NCBI GenBank assembly: GCA_963702205.1
Contig: OY969724.1
Span: 2,336,001-2,400,000 of the forward strand
Length of the DNA: 64,000 nucleotides
Direction of reading: 5' to 3'
From: an uncultured candidate division Zixibacteria bacterium
Lineage (GTDB): Bacteria; Zixibacteria; MSB-5A5; GN15; PGXB01
In this document: in pieces, positions 1 to 10,293 of the stretch
How positions within the stretch are numbered: the stretch's first letter is position 1
How the letters are laid out: each line of letters starts with the position of its first letter
Translations under genes and position numbers: made by a program
The notes under the pieces: generated by a model
What the model was told of the DNA's origin: nothing
Database searches by the model: none
The model's input: only the letters and a program-made list of their open reading frames with translations

Positions 1-2
1 TT

Positions 3-362
3 GAAGCCCTGAGGTTACTGTATGACATTGCCATCGGCGTGGAACCGATTCATTTCCGGGGCGAATATCACGGTGACATTCATTCCGATAACATTCTCGT
101 GCGTCGTAAGGGGCTTGGGTTCGACGTCCACCTGATCGACTTTTTCGATCTTGGCCGACCCTCTAAAGAAAGAATCCAGGACGACGTGTTTTCTCTGATA
201 CAACTGCTGCACGAAGTTGTCGGCGGGGTGGAAGGATATTCCGCCGCCGGTGATGAAGTGCGTCAGATTGTCCTGGGCCGCAAGCGCGGTCTGATCGCCG
301 CCAAATTCAAAAACGCCGGGCATTTGCGCCTGGCTCTCGAAAATCTCAGCTGGAACGAATAG
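3..362 (+). CDS. Ser/Thr protein kinase-like protein, C-terminal part (5' end outside window)
   Basis: Frame open from nt 3; catalytic-loop-like YHGDIHSDNILV followed by LIDFFD. Confidence 0.7.
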   Translation, partial: EALRLLYDIAIGVEPIHFRGEYHGDIHSDNILVRRKGLGFDVHLIDFFDLGRPSKERIQDDVFSLIQLLHEVVGGVEGYSAAGDEVRQIVLGRKRGLIAAKFKNAGHLRLALENLSWNE

Positions 363-885
363 GCATAAGTGATATTTTCTCGATCGGAGTGATGACGCCG
401 TCATCCAAGTCGATTATTTCAATATTTCCGATACGCCCGACAATTTCAATATTTTCGGCGTTTATCTTATCAGCCAGCTTCTTGCAGACAAACGATGCGT
501 CAGAAATACCGATGGTGATGTGGGGAATGTATGGTGCATCGAGATTGAGAAAGTCGGTCATAAAGCCGGTATATATGGCATCGTGCAGCCTGACCATACC
601 GCTGAAGCCTTCATCGGGGACGAGAAAGGTATAGTATGACTTATGTACGGGTGTGTGGTGTACAGTCGCGCAGCGAAAAGTGAATTTTATTTCCGGCAGG
701 CCTCTCACGGTGTCTTTTATGTGGTTTATCAGCCGGGATTTTTCAAAACGCCGCGACGGAAATACAAAAGTAAAGTGTGGCTCGATCGCTTTATAGTTAT
801 CGCGGTCGTGCTCGGAGCGGATATTTTGAATCCAGTCATAATCCGACTTTTTTAGCTGCGGATAGCTTATTGCCAATAACGCCAT
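346..885 (-). CDS. 2H phosphoesterase / 2'-5' RNA ligase family protein
   Basis: Two HxT motifs (PHFTF, PHITI). Confidence 0.85.
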   Translation of the reverse strand: MALLAISYPQLKKSDYDWIQNIRSEHDRDNYKAIEPHFTFVFPSRRFEKSRLINHIKDTVRGLPEIKFTFRCATVHHTPVHKSYYTFLVPDEGFSGMVRLHDAIYTGFMTDFLNLDAPYIPHITIGISDASFVCKKLADKINAENIEIVGRIGNIEIIDLDDGVITPIEKISLMPIRSS

Positions 886-912
886 AGTCGATTCCCTTAT
901 TGTATTCTGATT

Positions 913-1617
913 TTAGTTGTGGGCTATATACAATCCCCGTCCGAAAAGACCTTTTTCGTCGTATTCGACTTTAAGCCCGACCTTCGCGAAGCTTCCCAGC
1001 ATCTCTTCTTTCGTAAACAGCCCCATTTCGTGCACTTCAGTCAAATGTTCTATGCCGTCCTTGGTCCCGACCAGATACTGGAAGTGGATGCGGTGAATCC
1101 GGCCATCGATTTCAGTATGTGACATGCGCGCTATTTTTATATCGTTTTCATCAGCCATGGTGCAATCGAAATATCCGTGACGAGCCACTTCGGGCGTGAA
1201 CCACGGCTCGACCAACATGATGCCGTCATCGTTGATATGCCTTTTTAAACAATTCAGAGTATTGGCAACATTTTCAAGCGAGCGAACATACCCAATAGAC
1301 GAGAACAGGCACATGACAATATCGTATTTCCTGCCCAGATCGAAGTTCGTCATATCGCCGACAAAGAATTCTCCGGTCTGCTTTTTGGACCGGGCGATTT
1401 CGACCATTTCCGGCATGATGTCGACACCGTCGATGATGTAATCGCCTTTCTCGGACAAAATCCGTGCGTGTTCTCCGGTTCCGACGGCGACGTCGAGGAT
1501 AGTCCTGGCATTTGGTTGTTTGTCTTTCAGAAGATTGAGGATTTTATCGCATTCGGAATTGTAGTCCTTGAATTTCGAATAAATCCGATCATAATATTTA
1601 TAGGACTCGGTATACAT
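913..1617 (-). CDS. Class I SAM-dependent methyltransferase (TylM1/DesVI-like N-methyltransferase type)
   Basis: ILDVAVGTGEH motif I, GDMTNFDLG, CLFSSIGY, VEPWFTPE; start reassigned to ATG at 1617. Confidence 0.85.
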   Translation of the reverse strand: MYTESYKYYDRIYSKFKDYNSECDKILNLLKDKQPNARTILDVAVGTGEHARILSEKGDYIIDGVDIMPEMVEIARSKKQTGEFFVGDMTNFDLGRKYDIVMCLFSSIGYVRSLENVANTLNCLKRHINDDGIMLVEPWFTPEVARHGYFDCTMADENDIKIARMSHTEIDGRIHRIHFQYLVGTKDGIEHLTEVHEMGLFTKEEMLGSFAKVGLKVEYDEKGLFGRGLYIAHN

Positions 1618-2086
1618 GATGCTGATTAAATTACAATCGCTGCCGCGACAAATCAATATAGAACTGAATATGCCCAAAATCATCTACTATTCTCTATAAT
1701 CCAAAGTCGGAACATCGATTACGAAAAAATGGGTTCGTTTTCGGTTTTAAAAAAATTGTTCCTGCCATTCTTCGTTGATTTTAAATGTCGTAACTGCCGC
1801 TCTCATATAATAGGTGAGCGATCTCAATCAAGTGCGGTTTTGTAGTAATATTGAATTAATATATGCTTCTAAAGATTCAATGATGGTAAGCTACTCGAAA
1901 AGTGGTATGCTTTCAGGGGCGGGGAGTGGAAAGCCGGGCACACCGTGGAGTTAATGGCTGAAGAGTAAATATTAATTGTCTGATTCGGATTTTCGTTACT
2001 TAATTGTGTCAGGTCTCAACCATAAGAATGGTCAGGACGTGCCACAACATAAAACGGCGGAAGAATAGAAAATAAAATTCAACTGG

Positions 2087-2719
2087 TTATTTTGTCAGCC
2101 TGAAGCTCTCCAGAACATTTTCGAAAGCTCGCTGGGCGATGCCGAGATCAAGTCGATTCGGGATATTTAACTGAAAAACCACTATTTCCGATCCGGCGTT
2201 GCCATAGGCGATCATAGCTTCTCGCGATTTACCGCCCGGATCGCTTAATTCCAGCACGATGCAGGTATCTATTTTGGACGTATCCGGTTTGATCGCCTTA
2301 CTTAAGCCGAACTTATGTTCGAGGACTTTTTGGCGGTGAGCCCGGTCGTGCAGCGGATACCGATCGTAAAAAAGGATGCCTTTGGTCTTGTTCAGGTGCA
2401 GCGAATCGCGCGTGATAAATTCATCGAAAGTCAGAGAGTCAAGATCGAGCACCCAGACCATAATTTGTTTGGTCGCACTGAAATAAGTCTCGTTTCCGGG
2501 AAACATCGCCGCCGTATAGCCGTCGAAATAGGCATTGGTCGTGTCGACAACCCACCCCTGCGGCGCGACAAACATAAAAGAATGATCGACACCGTCGTAA
2601 TAAATCGTGTCGCCGGGAAGAGTATCGGGCACATTGGGCGGGGCGGATGATTCCACAGCCGCCGCAAGAGTTAACGGCAGCGCCACTAGAAATATAAATG
2701 CCAGAGTAAGAAACTTCAT
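2087..2719 (-). CDS. Secreted hypothetical protein
   Basis: ATG at 2719 gives signal peptide MKFLTLAFIFLVALPLTLAAA; the upstream ORF extension runs through repeat DNA. Confidence 0.65.
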   Translation of the reverse strand: MKFLTLAFIFLVALPLTLAAAVESSAPPNVPDTLPGDTIYYDGVDHSFMFVAPQGWVVDTTNAYFDGYTAAMFPGNETYFSATKQIMVWVLDLDSLTFDEFITRDSLHLNKTKGILFYDRYPLHDRAHRQKVLEHKFGLSKAIKPDTSKIDTCIVLELSDPGGKSREAMIAYGNAGSEIVVFQLNIPNRLDLGIAQRAFENVLESFRLTK

Positions 2720-2827
2720 CTTGTAATCCAATATATATTCTTTTACGAAAAATGGAAGAATTTTTGCCAGAGTATTATGGCCGGTCCGCGGATAGGGGCT
2801 TGTTGAAAAAGGGACACAAATCTGTTT

Positions 2828-2932
2828 CGTCAGGTGCCGATTCCGACGAAGTCGGGATTGACGCCTGACGGGGCCTATACTTATAAGGCTGCAGGTCGCA
2901 CGTCCCGATAAATCGGGACGCAGGACCCGACA
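2828..2932. repeat. Two REP-like nested palindromes (GYAG-GTCRG..CCYGAC family)
   Basis: cgtcagg..attccgac-gaa-gtcgggat..cctgacg (2828-2870) and gcaggtcg..cgtcccgat-aa-atcgggacg..cccgaca (2891-2932). Confidence 0.6.
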
Positions 2933-3010
2933 GAACAGGTTCATTTTTGCCAGAGCATTAAGGGTGGTTCATGGACGGAATGGGGTTCCCGGCCATATCG
3001 CATAATGGTC

Positions 3011-3039
3011 TTGCGGGAGGGGAAAATAAAGATTATATT
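3011..3039 (+). promoter_or_regulatory. Putative sigma70 promoter of the HMGCS operon
   Basis: TTGCGG-N17-TATATT; the same TTG...N17...TATATT layout recurs at 18737. Confidence 0.55.
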
Positions 3040-3122
3040 AGCAATTCTGCCGTTGTTGCGCCTGATGGCGTATGACATTGTAGAATAGAGACTTAAAATC
3101 ATAGATCTATGAGGTAACGTAC

Positions 3123-4172
3123 ATGGTAGGAATTGTCGGCTATGGAGCGCATATCCCGCGTCACCGGATCAAAGTCGAGGAAATCGCCAAGGTCTGGGGA
3201 GCCGATGCGCCAAGCTACAAAAAAGGACTTATGTTGACCCAGAAGTCGGTTCCGACTCCGGATACCGACACGATTACGCTTTCGGTTGAAGCCACAAAAA
3301 ACGCCCTGAAGCGGGCCGGAAATATCAACCCGGCCGACATCGGGGCCATATATATCGGCTCGGAATCACACCCTTACGCGGTTAAGCCGTCGGGGACAGT
3401 CGTGGCCGACGCCATTGGAGCCTGCCCCGACATTCACTGCGCCGATTTCGAGTTCGCCTGCAAAGCGGGGTCCGAAGCGATGTTTGTTTGTCTCGGGCTG
3501 GTTAAGTCCGGCTACATCAAATACGGTCTGGCCATCGGCGCCGACACATCGCAGGGTGCTCCCGGTGATGCTCTCGAATATTCGGCGGCAGCCGGAGGCG
3601 CAGCCTTCATCATGGGCGCGGAAAACGTCATCGCCGAGGTATTGCACACATACTCATACATGACCGACACGCCGGATTTCTGGCGTCGCGAGCATGAGTA
3701 TTATCCTCAGCACGGCGGACGGTTCACCGGCGAACCGGCCTATTTCACACATACTCTGGGTGCTGCCAAAGGCATTATGAAAATGGCCAACATGGAACCG
3801 AAAGATTTCGACTATGCCGTCTTCCATCAGCCCAACGGCAAATTCCCGATGCGGGCCGGCAAGATGCTCGGCTTCACGAAAGAACAGCTCGAGCCGGGCT
3901 GGTTGTCGCCGATACTCGGCAACACGTATTCCGGCGCTTCGCCGGTCGGCCTGACCGCCACTCTCGACATCGCCAGGCCGGGCGATAAGATTCTGATGGT
4001 ATCGTACGGTTCCGGCGCCGGGTCGGATGCTTTCGTCTGGCAGGTGACGGACCGTATTAACGAGGTGCGCGATAAAGCGGTCAAGACGAGAAAACTCCTC
4101 GACGAAAATGTGACTTACATTGACTATGGAACCTATGCCAAATTCAGGCACAAAATACGGAAGAACAAGTAG
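3123..4172 (+). CDS. Hydroxymethylglutaryl-CoA synthase, archaeal type
   Basis: [18 protein letters not shown] (catalytic Cys), FHQPNGKFP (His), [15 protein letters not shown]. Confidence 0.92.
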   Translation: MVGIVGYGAHIPRHRIKVEEIAKVWGADAPSYKKGLMLTQKSVPTPDTDTITLSVEATKNALKRAGNINPADIGAIYIGSESHPYAVKPSGTVVADAIGACPDIHCADFEFACKAGSEAMFVCLGLVKSGYIKYGLAIGADTSQGAPGDALEYSAAAGGAAFIMGAENVIAEVLHTYSYMTDTPDFWRREHEYYPQHGGRFTGEPAYFTHTLGAAKGIMKMANMEPKDFDYAVFHQPNGKFPMRAGKMLGFTKEQLEPGWLSPILGNTYSGASPVGLTATLDIARPGDKILMVSYGSGAGSDAFVWQVTDRINEVRDKAVKTRKLLDENVTYIDYGTYAKFRHKIRKNK

Positions 4173-4184
4173 GAGGTGCATGAA

Positions 4185-5345
4185 ATGAGAGACGTAGCAG
4201 TTGTCGGCATAGGCATGAATAAATGGGGCGAGTTATGGGGCAAATCGTTCCGCGATATATTTGTCGAGGCCGCATTAACGGCAATAAATGACGCCGGAGT
4301 GGATAAGATCGATTCTATGACTATCGGTTGTATGTCCGGCGGTCTGTTTGTCGGTCAGGAGCACCTCGCTTCACTGATGGCCGATTATTTGGGTTACCGG
4401 TACTTGCCCGCAACACGGGTCGAATCGGCCTGTGCATCGGGTGGACTGGCTTTCCGTTCGGCCTATATCGAGGTCGCTTCGGGTATGTCCGATATAGTTC
4501 TGGCCGGTGGTGTCGAGAAGATGACCGACGTCTCCGGCGACGGAGCCACATACGCTCTGGCGACGGCGGCCGATCAGGAGTACGAAGTTTTCCACGGCGC
4601 CACTTTCCCGGGGCTGTACGCTTTGATGGCCATAGCCCACATGGATAAGTACGGCACCACGCGCGACCAGCTGTCGGCCGTATCGGTTAAAAACCATAAA
4701 AACGGCGCCAAGAATCCCAACGCGCAATATCCTTTTGAAACGACGATAGAAGACGTCAATAATTCGGTTATGGTGGCCTCACCGCTTCGCATCATGGACT
4801 GCTCGCCGATTACCGATGGTGCCGCCGCCGTGATTTTGACGACCGTCGATATCGCGAAGAAGCTCGGCAAACCGATTATTAAAATTATCGGTTCGGGACA
4901 CGCCACGGATACGATTGCGCTGCATTCGCGCAAGGACCTGACCACTCTCGCGGCGACGAATGTGGCCGGTGAGCGGGCGTTCAAGATGGCCGGGAAAACG
5001 ATCAAAGACGTCGATTTCGCCGAAGTGCACGATTGCTTCACGATCGCCGAGATTATCGTCACCGAAGCGCTGGGAATTTTCCCGGCGGGCAAAGGTGGTG
5101 AAATGGCGGCCAAAGGCGAAACCGGATTGGAGGGATCATTCCCGATCAACACGTCGGGTGGTCTCAAATCCAAAGGCCATCCCGTCGGTGCGACCGGTAT
5201 CGCCCAGATTTACGAAATAGTCAAGCAGCTGCGCGGGCAGGCCGAGAACGGGCGTCAGTTGAAGAACAACCCGAAAATCGGTATGGCGCAAAATATGGGT
5301 GGGTCCGGCGGATCGACCCTGGTTCATCTGTTGGAGGTCGAATAA
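4185..5345 (+). CDS. Acetoacetyl-CoA thiolase, archaeal/SCP2-like HDCF type
   Basis: [34 protein letters not shown] before ATG 4185. Confidence 0.92.
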   Translation: MRDVAVVGIGMNKWGELWGKSFRDIFVEAALTAINDAGVDKIDSMTIGCMSGGLFVGQEHLASLMADYLGYRYLPATRVESACASGGLAFRSAYIEVASGMSDIVLAGGVEKMTDVSGDGATYALATAADQEYEVFHGATFPGLYALMAIAHMDKYGTTRDQLSAVSVKNHKNGAKNPNAQYPFETTIEDVNNSVMVASPLRIMDCSPITDGAAAVILTTVDIAKKLGKPIIKIIGSGHATDTIALHSRKDLTTLAATNVAGERAFKMAGKTIKDVDFAEVHDCFTIAEIIVTEALGIFPAGKGGEMAAKGETGLEGSFPINTSGGLKSKGHPVGATGIAQIYEIVKQLRGQAENGRQLKNNPKIGMAQNMGGSGGSTLVHLLEVE

Positions 5346-5740
5346 TGTTTCCATCACGTATATGGCGAGAAAAGGGACAGCGCTACCGCCTGGAAGCCGG
5401 GAAATGCAAATCGTGCGGTTATATCGCTTTCCCACCGCGCCTGGTCTGCCCGGAATGCGGAGCCCGCGAGTTCGATACGATCAAACTCCCCGATACCGGT
5501 AAACTCCTGACGTACACCGTCATTCGGGTGGCACCGTCGCAGTTCACCGATGAAGCACCGTACGCCCTGGGTATCGCCGAACTCAGCAACGGCGTCAGGC
5601 TCACCGCGCAGGTCGTCGATTGCGACGTCGACAAGATCAAAGTGGGGATGGAAGTCAGGATAGAATTCCGGCGCATCCAGACTCACGATACCCACGGCGT
5701 ATTGAGTTACGGGTACAAATTCGTTCCCAAGTGGTACTAA
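5345..5740 (+). CDS. DUF35 Zn-ribbon/OB-fold scaffold protein
   Basis: CKSCG..FPPR..CPECG zinc ribbon then OB fold, ends YGYKF; start overlaps thiolase stop. Confidence 0.92.
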   Translation: MFPSRIWREKGQRYRLEAGKCKSCGYIAFPPRLVCPECGAREFDTIKLPDTGKLLTYTVIRVAPSQFTDEAPYALGIAELSNGVRLTAQVVDCDVDKIKVGMEVRIEFRRIQTHDTHGVLSYGYKFVPKWY

Positions 5741-5752
5741 TGTAAAACAAAA

Positions 5753-5787
5753 CCGGGGTCCCGACCGGAAGGCGGGACCCTGTTTTT
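5753..5787 (+). terminator. Intrinsic terminator
   Basis: gggtcccg..cc-ggaa-gg-cgggaccc hairpin followed by tgttttt. Confidence 0.7.
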
Positions 5788-5816
5788 ATAAAGCCTGATT
5801 CTGGAATGGGAATCAT

Positions 5817-7424
5817 ATGTTTAGAATAGAATCCAAGATTAGTACATCATCGGATATTTTTAAAGAAAACGATAAACGCAACCGCGAAGAACACGCTCTG
5901 TTCAAAGAGCGGTTGGACAAGGTTAAGCAGGGGGGAAGCGAGAGGGCCCGCACAGTGCATCTCGATCGCGGCAAACTTCTGACCCGCGAGCGGGTTTCGC
6001 GCCTGTTTGACAAGAACACTCCTTTTCTGGAGATGTCGCCGCTGGCGACCTGGGATATGCACGACAACGCAGCACCCTGCGCTGGTTTGATTACGGGCAT
6101 CGGCGTCATCCACGGCAAGGAAGTCATGGTCATCGCCAACGACGCCACCGTCAAAGGCGGAACGTACTATCCGGAAACGATCCTGAAGCACGCCCGGGCC
6201 CAGCGCATCGCCGAGGACAATCATCTGCCGTGCATTTATCTGGTCGATTCGGGCGGCATCTTTTTGCCGCTGCAATCGGGCGTCTTTCCCGACAAAGATC
6301 ATTTCGGCCGGATATTTTATAATCAGGCCAGGATGTCGGCGATGGGCATCCCGCAGATTTCTCTGGTGCTCGGTTCCTGCACCGCCGGAGGGGCGTACTT
6401 ACCGGCTATGTCCGACGAGACGATCATTGTCCGTAAGCAGGGGACGATTTTTATCGGCGGCCCGCCTTTGGTAAAAGCGGCTACGGGCGAAGAGGTCAGC
6501 GCCGAGGATTTGGGCGGGGCCGACGTGCACTGCCGGACTTCCGGTGTGTCCGATCATTACGCTCAGAACGATGAGCACGCGCTTTCCATCGCTCGCAATA
6601 TCGTGCAGAATCTCAATACGCGGGCCAAATTCGAGCTCGATATGTCCGAGCCGGAGGAGCCGTACTATGACTCCGAGGAACTCTACGGCGTCGTACCGTA
6701 CGATTATCGCAAGCAGTATGACATCCGGGATTTGATCGCGCGCGTTGTCGATGGCTCCCGCTTCCACGAATTCAAAGAGCTGTACGGTATAACTCTTGTG
6801 TGCGGTTTTGCCCGCATTATGGGCTACCCGGTCGGGATTCTGGCTAACAACGGCGTGCTCTTTTCGGAGTCATCGCTCAAAGGCGCGCACTTTATCGAAC
6901 TTTGCACCGAGCGCAAGATACCGCTTTTATTTTTACAAAATATTACCGGGTTTATGGTTGGTCGTCAGTACGAAGCAGGCGGCATTGCCCGTGACGGCGC
7001 CAAGATGGTCCATGCCGTCGCCAATGCCCAGGTGCCCAAGTTCACGGTTATCGTGGGAGGGTCGTTCGGTGCGGGCAACTATGCCATGTGCGGACGCGGC
7101 TATTTCCCGAGGCTTTTATGGATGTGGCCCAACAGCCGGATTTGCGTCATGGGCGGCGAACAGGCCGCCGACGTTCTCGCGACGGTCAAGGTCCGTCAGC
7201 TGGAAAGACAGGGCAAAAAACTTACCAAAGAAGAAATCGACGAAATCCGCCAGCCGATTGTCGAAAAATATACGGCGGAAAGCCTGCCGTACTATTCGAC
7301 CGCTCGTCTGTGGGACGACGGCATAATCGGCATGACCGAAACGCGCGAAGCGGTCGCGCTGGGGATTTCGATGTCGCTCAATCAACCGATACCGGATCAA
7401 CGCTACGGCGTGTTTAGAATGTAG
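5817..7424 (+). CDS. liuB: 3-methylcrotonyl-CoA carboxylase carboxyltransferase (beta) subunit
   Basis: [50 protein letters not shown]-terminal GVFRM. Confidence 0.9.
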   Translation: MFRIESKISTSSDIFKENDKRNREEHALFKERLDKVKQGGSERARTVHLDRGKLLTRERVSRLFDKNTPFLEMSPLATWDMHDNAAPCAGLITGIGVIHGKEVMVIANDATVKGGTYYPETILKHARAQRIAEDNHLPCIYLVDSGGIFLPLQSGVFPDKDHFGRIFYNQARMSAMGIPQISLVLGSCTAGGAYLPAMSDETIIVRKQGTIFIGGPPLVKAATGEEVSAEDLGGADVHCRTSGVSDHYAQNDEHALSIARNIVQNLNTRAKFELDMSEPEEPYYDSEELYGVVPYDYRKQYDIRDLIARVVDGSRFHEFKELYGITLVCGFARIMGYPVGILANNGVLFSESSLKGAHFIELCTERKIPLLFLQNITGFMVGRQYEAGGIARDGAKMVHAVANAQVPKFTVIVGGSFGAGNYAMCGRGYFPRLLWMWPNSRICVMGGEQAADVLATVKVRQLERQGKKLTKEEIDEIRQPIVEKYTAESLPYYSTARLWDDGIIGMTETREAVALGISMSLNQPIPDQRYGVFRM

Positions 7425-7434
7425 CGGAGATGAG

Positions 7435-8217
7435 ATGGATTACACGACGATAAAATACGAAATCAAAGATACTACCGCGTATGTCTCTTTCTGCCGTCCC
7501 AAAGTACACAACGCTTTCAACGACGCCGTTATCTACGAACTGACCGATCTTTTCGACAGGCTCGATAAAGAGACCGGTCTCCGGGTGGTGGTCCTTACCG
7601 GTGAAGGCAAATCTTTTTGTGCCGGGGCGGACCTCAACTGGATGAAACGGGTTATCAATCAGTCATTCGAGGAAAACCTGAAAGAATCCAACGCGCTAGC
7701 GGATCTGTTCGCCAAAATCTATCATTTTCGCTGTCCGGTTATCGGAAAAATCAACGGCGCCGCCATCGGCGGGGGAGTGGGCTTCGTGGCCGTGTGCGAT
7801 ATAGCCATCGCCGCTGAATTGGCCAAGTTTTCTTTCTCCGAAGTCAAGATCGGCGTCGTCCCGGCATGCATCGGGCCGTACGTGATAAAGAAAATCGGCG
7901 AGGGCAAAGCCCGCGAGTTTTTCATCACCGGGGAGCGCATGGTGGCGGCGAAGGCTCAGAAAATCGGACTGGTCAATATCTGTGTCGAAGATGCATATCT
8001 CGAGCAGGAAGTTGACGATCTGATCAAGATGATAAAGTCATCCGGACCGGAGGCGGTCGCGATGGCTAAAGTTCTGGTTTCGAACGTTCCGGGGATGTCG
8101 GAAGAACAGTACAAATCGTACACCGCCGAAATGATCGCCAAGCTGCGCATTTCCGATGAGGGACAAGAGGGCATGAGCGCCTTTCTGGAAAAACGAAAAC
8201 CGAAATGGGTCAAATGA
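7435..8217 (+). CDS. liuC: Enoyl-CoA hydratase, probable methylglutaconyl-CoA hydratase
   Basis: FCAGADLNWM, FSEVKIG..PACIGPYV, EGQEGMSAFLEKRKPKW; position after MCC beta. Confidence 0.85.
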   Translation: MDYTTIKYEIKDTTAYVSFCRPKVHNAFNDAVIYELTDLFDRLDKETGLRVVVLTGEGKSFCAGADLNWMKRVINQSFEENLKESNALADLFAKIYHFRCPVIGKINGAAIGGGVGFVAVCDIAIAAELAKFSFSEVKIGVVPACIGPYVIKKIGEGKAREFFITGERMVAAKAQKIGLVNICVEDAYLEQEVDDLIKMIKSSGPEAVAMAKVLVSNVPGMSEEQYKSYTAEMIAKLRISDEGQEGMSAFLEKRKPKWVK

Positions 8218-9734
8218 GAATGTCTGATAGAGTGTTCAACAAAATACTGGTGGCCAATCGGGGCGAGATCGCGGTGCGGGTCATGAACGCCTGCCGTCTG
8301 CTCGGCATTCCGACGCTGGCGATTTATTCGAGTGCCGACGTCAACGCCGTGCACCGTCGTTTTGCCGATGAATCGGTCGAGATCGGTCCGCCGCCGCCAC
8401 TGGAATCGTACCTTTCGATAGAAAAAATAATCAAAGCCGCGCAAGAGAACAAATGCGATGCGATTCATCCGGGTTACGGCTTTCTGGCGGAGAACCCGCT
8501 TTTCCCGGATGCCTGTGAAAAGGCCGGAATTACGTTTATCGGGCCATCGGGGGAATCGATGCGCCTAATGGGCAATAAAGTCGAGGCTCGCAGGAAAATG
8601 GTCAACGCCGGAGTGCCGCTGATACCGGGGATGCAGGGAGCCGGGAGCGATCTGAAATCGTTCGAGGACGCGGCGGAGAAGGCCGGGTATCCGGTGCTTA
8701 TTAAGGCCGCCGCCGGTGGTGGCGGAAAGGGTATGCGGGTCGTGCACGAAAAGGCGCTGCTCAAGGAATCGGTTGAAGCGGCTATGCGTGAGGCAAAAAA
8801 TGCGTTCGGCGATGATACTGTATATTTAGAAAAATACATCGAAAATCCGCGACATGTCGAATTTCAGGTCCTGGCCGACAGCCACGGCAATACGATACAC
8901 CTGTTCGAACGCGAATGCTCGATACAAAGACGGCACCAGAAGATAATCGAAGAAACACCGTCGGTGGCACTTACACCGGAGCTTCGCGCTCGAATGGGTG
9001 ACGCCGCCGTCAAAGCGACCGAAGCGGCCAAATATGTCAATGCGGGGACGATTGAATTTTTGGTCGATACCAAGGGTGGTTTCTATTTTCTGGAGATGAA
9101 CACGAGGGTGCAGGTAGAGCATCCGGTGACAGAGATGGTAACCGGTATCGATCTGGTAGTGGAGCAAATCCGAATTGCGGCGGGTTTGGAAATTTCCGAC
9201 AACGCCAGAAACGCAACGCAACGCGGTCATTCGATAGAATGCCGCATTTATGCCGAAGACGCGGAAAACAATTTTCTACCGTCGTCGGGCGATATATTGT
9301 ACTACGAGGAACCGACCGGTCCCGGAATTCGTGTCGACAGCGGCGTAACCTGCAATACCAAAGTCGGTACGGACTATGACCCGATACTGTCAAAGCTGAT
9401 AGTGCACGCCCCCGACCGCGATCTGGCTATCAGCAAGATGGTGCAGGCGCTCAAAGACTACAGGATTCTGGGGATAAAGACGTCGCGAAAGTTTATGATC
9501 GACGTTCTCTCTCATCCTGAATTCAAGGCCGGGCGGACATACACCAATTTTATCGAGAAAAATATGGCTGATCGGGACAATGGTCAGCAAAGCCTGTCGC
9601 CGACGGCAGCCGCGACCGCCGCGGCGGCCCTGGCGCAGAAACCGGCAACCGGAATGACCGGTGTACGACAGAAAAAGCCGTCACCGTGGCAATCAATCGG
9701 CAACTGGGAAATAGGCATGAGGTGCAGCAGATGA
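8214..9734 (+). CDS. Biotin carboxylase subunit (MCC alpha, N-terminal part)
   Basis: ANRGEIA, HPGYGFLAEN, GGGGKGMR, RECSIQRRHQK, EMNTRVQVEH; ATGA overlap with hydratase stop. Confidence 0.9.
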   Translation: MRMSDRVFNKILVANRGEIAVRVMNACRLLGIPTLAIYSSADVNAVHRRFADESVEIGPPPPLESYLSIEKIIKAAQENKCDAIHPGYGFLAENPLFPDACEKAGITFIGPSGESMRLMGNKVEARRKMVNAGVPLIPGMQGAGSDLKSFEDAAEKAGYPVLIKAAAGGGGKGMRVVHEKALLKESVEAAMREAKNAFGDDTVYLEKYIENPRHVEFQVLADSHGNTIHLFERECSIQRRHQKIIEETPSVALTPELRARMGDAAVKATEAAKYVNAGTIEFLVDTKGGFYFLEMNTRVQVEHPVTEMVTGIDLVVEQIRIAAGLEISDNARNATQRGHSIECRIYAEDAENNFLPSSGDILYYEEPTGPGIRVDSGVTCNTKVGTDYDPILSKLIVHAPDRDLAISKMVQALKDYRILGIKTSRKFMIDVLSHPEFKAGRTYTNFIEKNMADRDNGQQSLSPTAAATAAAALAQKPATGMTGVRQKKPSPWQSIGNWEIGMRCSR

Positions 9735-10231
9735 AACAGCAGGTCAAACTTGGCGAAGAATTGCTGGATATAGATGTAGACCTGTCGACGGACGGTGCCA
9801 CCGCCGGGTTGAACGGAATCACTTACTCGATACTAAAGCAGGGGAAGGCCAAATTCGTGGTTACGGTCGACGGGAAAAAATACTCCGCCTGCTGTGTGAT
9901 TAAGGGCAATAAAGTATTCGCCGACGTCGACGGGGTCCTGTTCGATATGACGGTACCTTCGGAAGACGCCGACGTCTCTGGTGGCGCCGATTCCTCGGTT
10001 GGGGTGAAAGATAAAATCTTTGCGCCGATGCCGGGGAAAGTGGTCAAGATACTGGTAGCCGAAGGGCAAGAAGTTAAAGCCAAACAACCGATGGTCATTG
10101 TCGAAGCTATGAAAATGGAAAATCAGGTTAATGCGGCCGCCGACGGCAAGGTTAAGAAAATCAATTTCAAAGACGGCGATCAGGTCGATACCGAAACTCC
10201 GATTATAGAACTGGAACTGGCTGAAGAATAG
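9731..10231 (+). CDS. Biotin carboxyl carrier protein
   Basis: APMPG and EAMKM biotinylation motif; GAGGTG RBS and ATGA overlap at 9731. Confidence 0.9.
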   Translation: MKQQVKLGEELLDIDVDLSTDGATAGLNGITYSILKQGKAKFVVTVDGKKYSACCVIKGNKVFADVDGVLFDMTVPSEDADVSGGADSSVGVKDKIFAPMPGKVVKILVAEGQEVKAKQPMVIVEAMKMENQVNAAADGKVKKINFKDGDQVDTETPIIELELAEE

Positions 10232-10249
10232 ATTTATGTTATGATACAT

Positions 10250-10279
10250 GACGGGCCGGGTGAATCGATCCGGCCCATC
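10250..10279. terminator. Hairpin between convergent genes, possible terminator
   Basis: gggccgg..ccggccc stem. Confidence 0.5.
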
Positions 10280-10293
10280 TTATATACGTACAA

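Noticed and set aside
3123..5740. PhlABC (DAPG acetyltransferase) interpretation of the triad
   Set aside because: The HMGCS-fold protein retains catalytic Glu/Cys/His and archaeal HMGCS motifs, and no type III PKS (phlD) is present
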